This document shows, in pieces, positions 63,234 to 64,000 of a stretch of DNA of 64,000 nt. Origin of the DNA: a virus (lineage: Duplodnaviria; Caudoviricetes); IMG/VR virus record IMGVR_UViG_2565956925_000004, positions 6,955-70,954 of that record; one strand, given 5' to 3'. How positions within the stretch are numbered: position 1 is the stretch's first letter; each line of letters starts with the position of its first letter. The position numbers and the translations under genes are program-made. The notes beneath the pieces were generated by a model, which saw only the letters and a list, made by a program, of their open reading frames with translations, made no database searches and was not told where the DNA came from.

Positions 63234-64000
63234 AGTTCATTGAAAATAGTGCTTGGAAGTACCTTTCAGTCAAGTTGCCCGCAGTAGGTGCATTCATCAT
63301 GCTTATTCTGCTACCAGCATTACAATGGGGGGTAGATTATCAAGTTATCCCTGAAAAATATCATGCGTTTGTGACTGGTACTTTAATGCTGGGCCTGTCA
63401 TGGATCGGAAAGAAAATTTCTCAGCCGCGTATTAACGGGCCTCAATTATCGGGCCAGTTAGTAGGAATCAACACTTTAATGAATATTCCTACACCGACAA
63501 AGCTTGATGAATTAGCTTGGATAGCTGAAGCAAAAAAACATATTGGTCTTCAAGAAATACCAGGTAAACAGCACAATCCAACTATTCTGAAATGGTTAAA
63601 AGAGCTTAAAGCTTGGTGGGCGGATGATGAAACAGCGTGGTGCGGTACTTTCGTTGCTCATTGCTTGAAATCAGCTGGTATTGCTTATCCTAAGCATTGG
63701 TACCGTGCATTGGATTACGTGAATTACGGTGCAAAACTAACAAAACCTGCTTATGGTTGTGTTGCTATTAAAACCCGTAAAGGTGGAGGCCATGTTTGTT
63801 TTGTCGTAGGACGTGATAAGACCACTGGGAAACTTGTTTGTCTTGGTGGTAACCAATCAAATAAAGTGTGTTACGCGCTATATAATGATTCAGATTTCCA
63901 AGAGTTCCGTTGGTATGGACATACTCCTCAACCAGCAAGTAAGCGTTACACCTTACCGCTATTAAGCGGAGTGACAGCAATTAGAGTTACTGAAGCATAA
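63230..64000 (+). CDS. Endolysin (TIGR02594 / NlpC-P60-CHAP-like) with N-terminal 2-TM holin-like domain
   Basis: W..EA...IG..EI.G..HNP.I, DETAWCG.FV, GGGHV.FVVG, LGGNQ; N-terminal AWK.LSV...TM...TM...QP segment. Confidence 0.85.
   Translation: MKFIENSAWKYLSVKLPAVGAFIMLILLPALQWGVDYQVIPEKYHAFVTGTLMLGLSWIGKKISQPRINGPQLSGQLVGINTLMNIPTPTKLDELAWIAEAKKHIGLQEIPGKQHNPTILKWLKELKAWWADDETAWCGTFVAHCLKSAGIAYPKHWYRALDYVNYGAKLTKPAYGCVAIKTRKGGGHVCFVVGRDKTTGKLVCLGGNQSNKVCYALYNDSDFQEFRWYGHTPQPASKRYTLPLLSGVTAIRVTEA

Noticed and set aside
1-64000. tRNA, rRNA, IS elements, integrase/att sites
   Set aside because: None recognisable by eye; the phage ends lie outside the window

Overview
The whole 64-kb window is part of a large, AT-rich temperate myovirus (prophage or phage). 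Gene content and gene-end motifs suggest an Acinetobacter host, but that is inference. It runs from a lambdoid-style replication pair (initiator plus DnaC-like loader) and RusA through a scattered set of P1-like virion genes to a lysis cassette at the right edge. The virion genes are: tape measure/lysozyme, baseplate, Pro-like protease, intein-containing large terminase, capsid, sheath, tube, a 3501-aa spike/fibre fusion and portal. It also carries a P1 Dar-like antirestriction set (Hdf-like protein fused to an ADP-ribosyltransferase, plus DarA-, DdrB- and DarB-like proteins), a Tad1-like sponge protein, an Arc/antirepressor module and several AT-rich morons (SEFIR/TIR, TPR-DUF2971, PD-(D/E)XK-like nuclease, two related membrane proteins). 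The strongest non-coding signal is a regulatory element found 16 times, plus one orphan variant, at the head of nearly every putative late operon. It reads (T)GGAAC-N30-(A[A/C/T]xxT, -10-like) and is usually followed by a hairpin whose 3' arm holds the Shine-Dalgarno sequence, suggesting a combined transcriptional and translational lock on late genes. Other notable observations are a likely overprinted gene inside the DarB-like ORF, a recurrent [F/Y]DS motif in head-associated proteins, an apparently split sheath gene, a holin-endolysin fusion and a captured fragment of a different phage. All product calls come from motif recognition by eye; no database searches were run.
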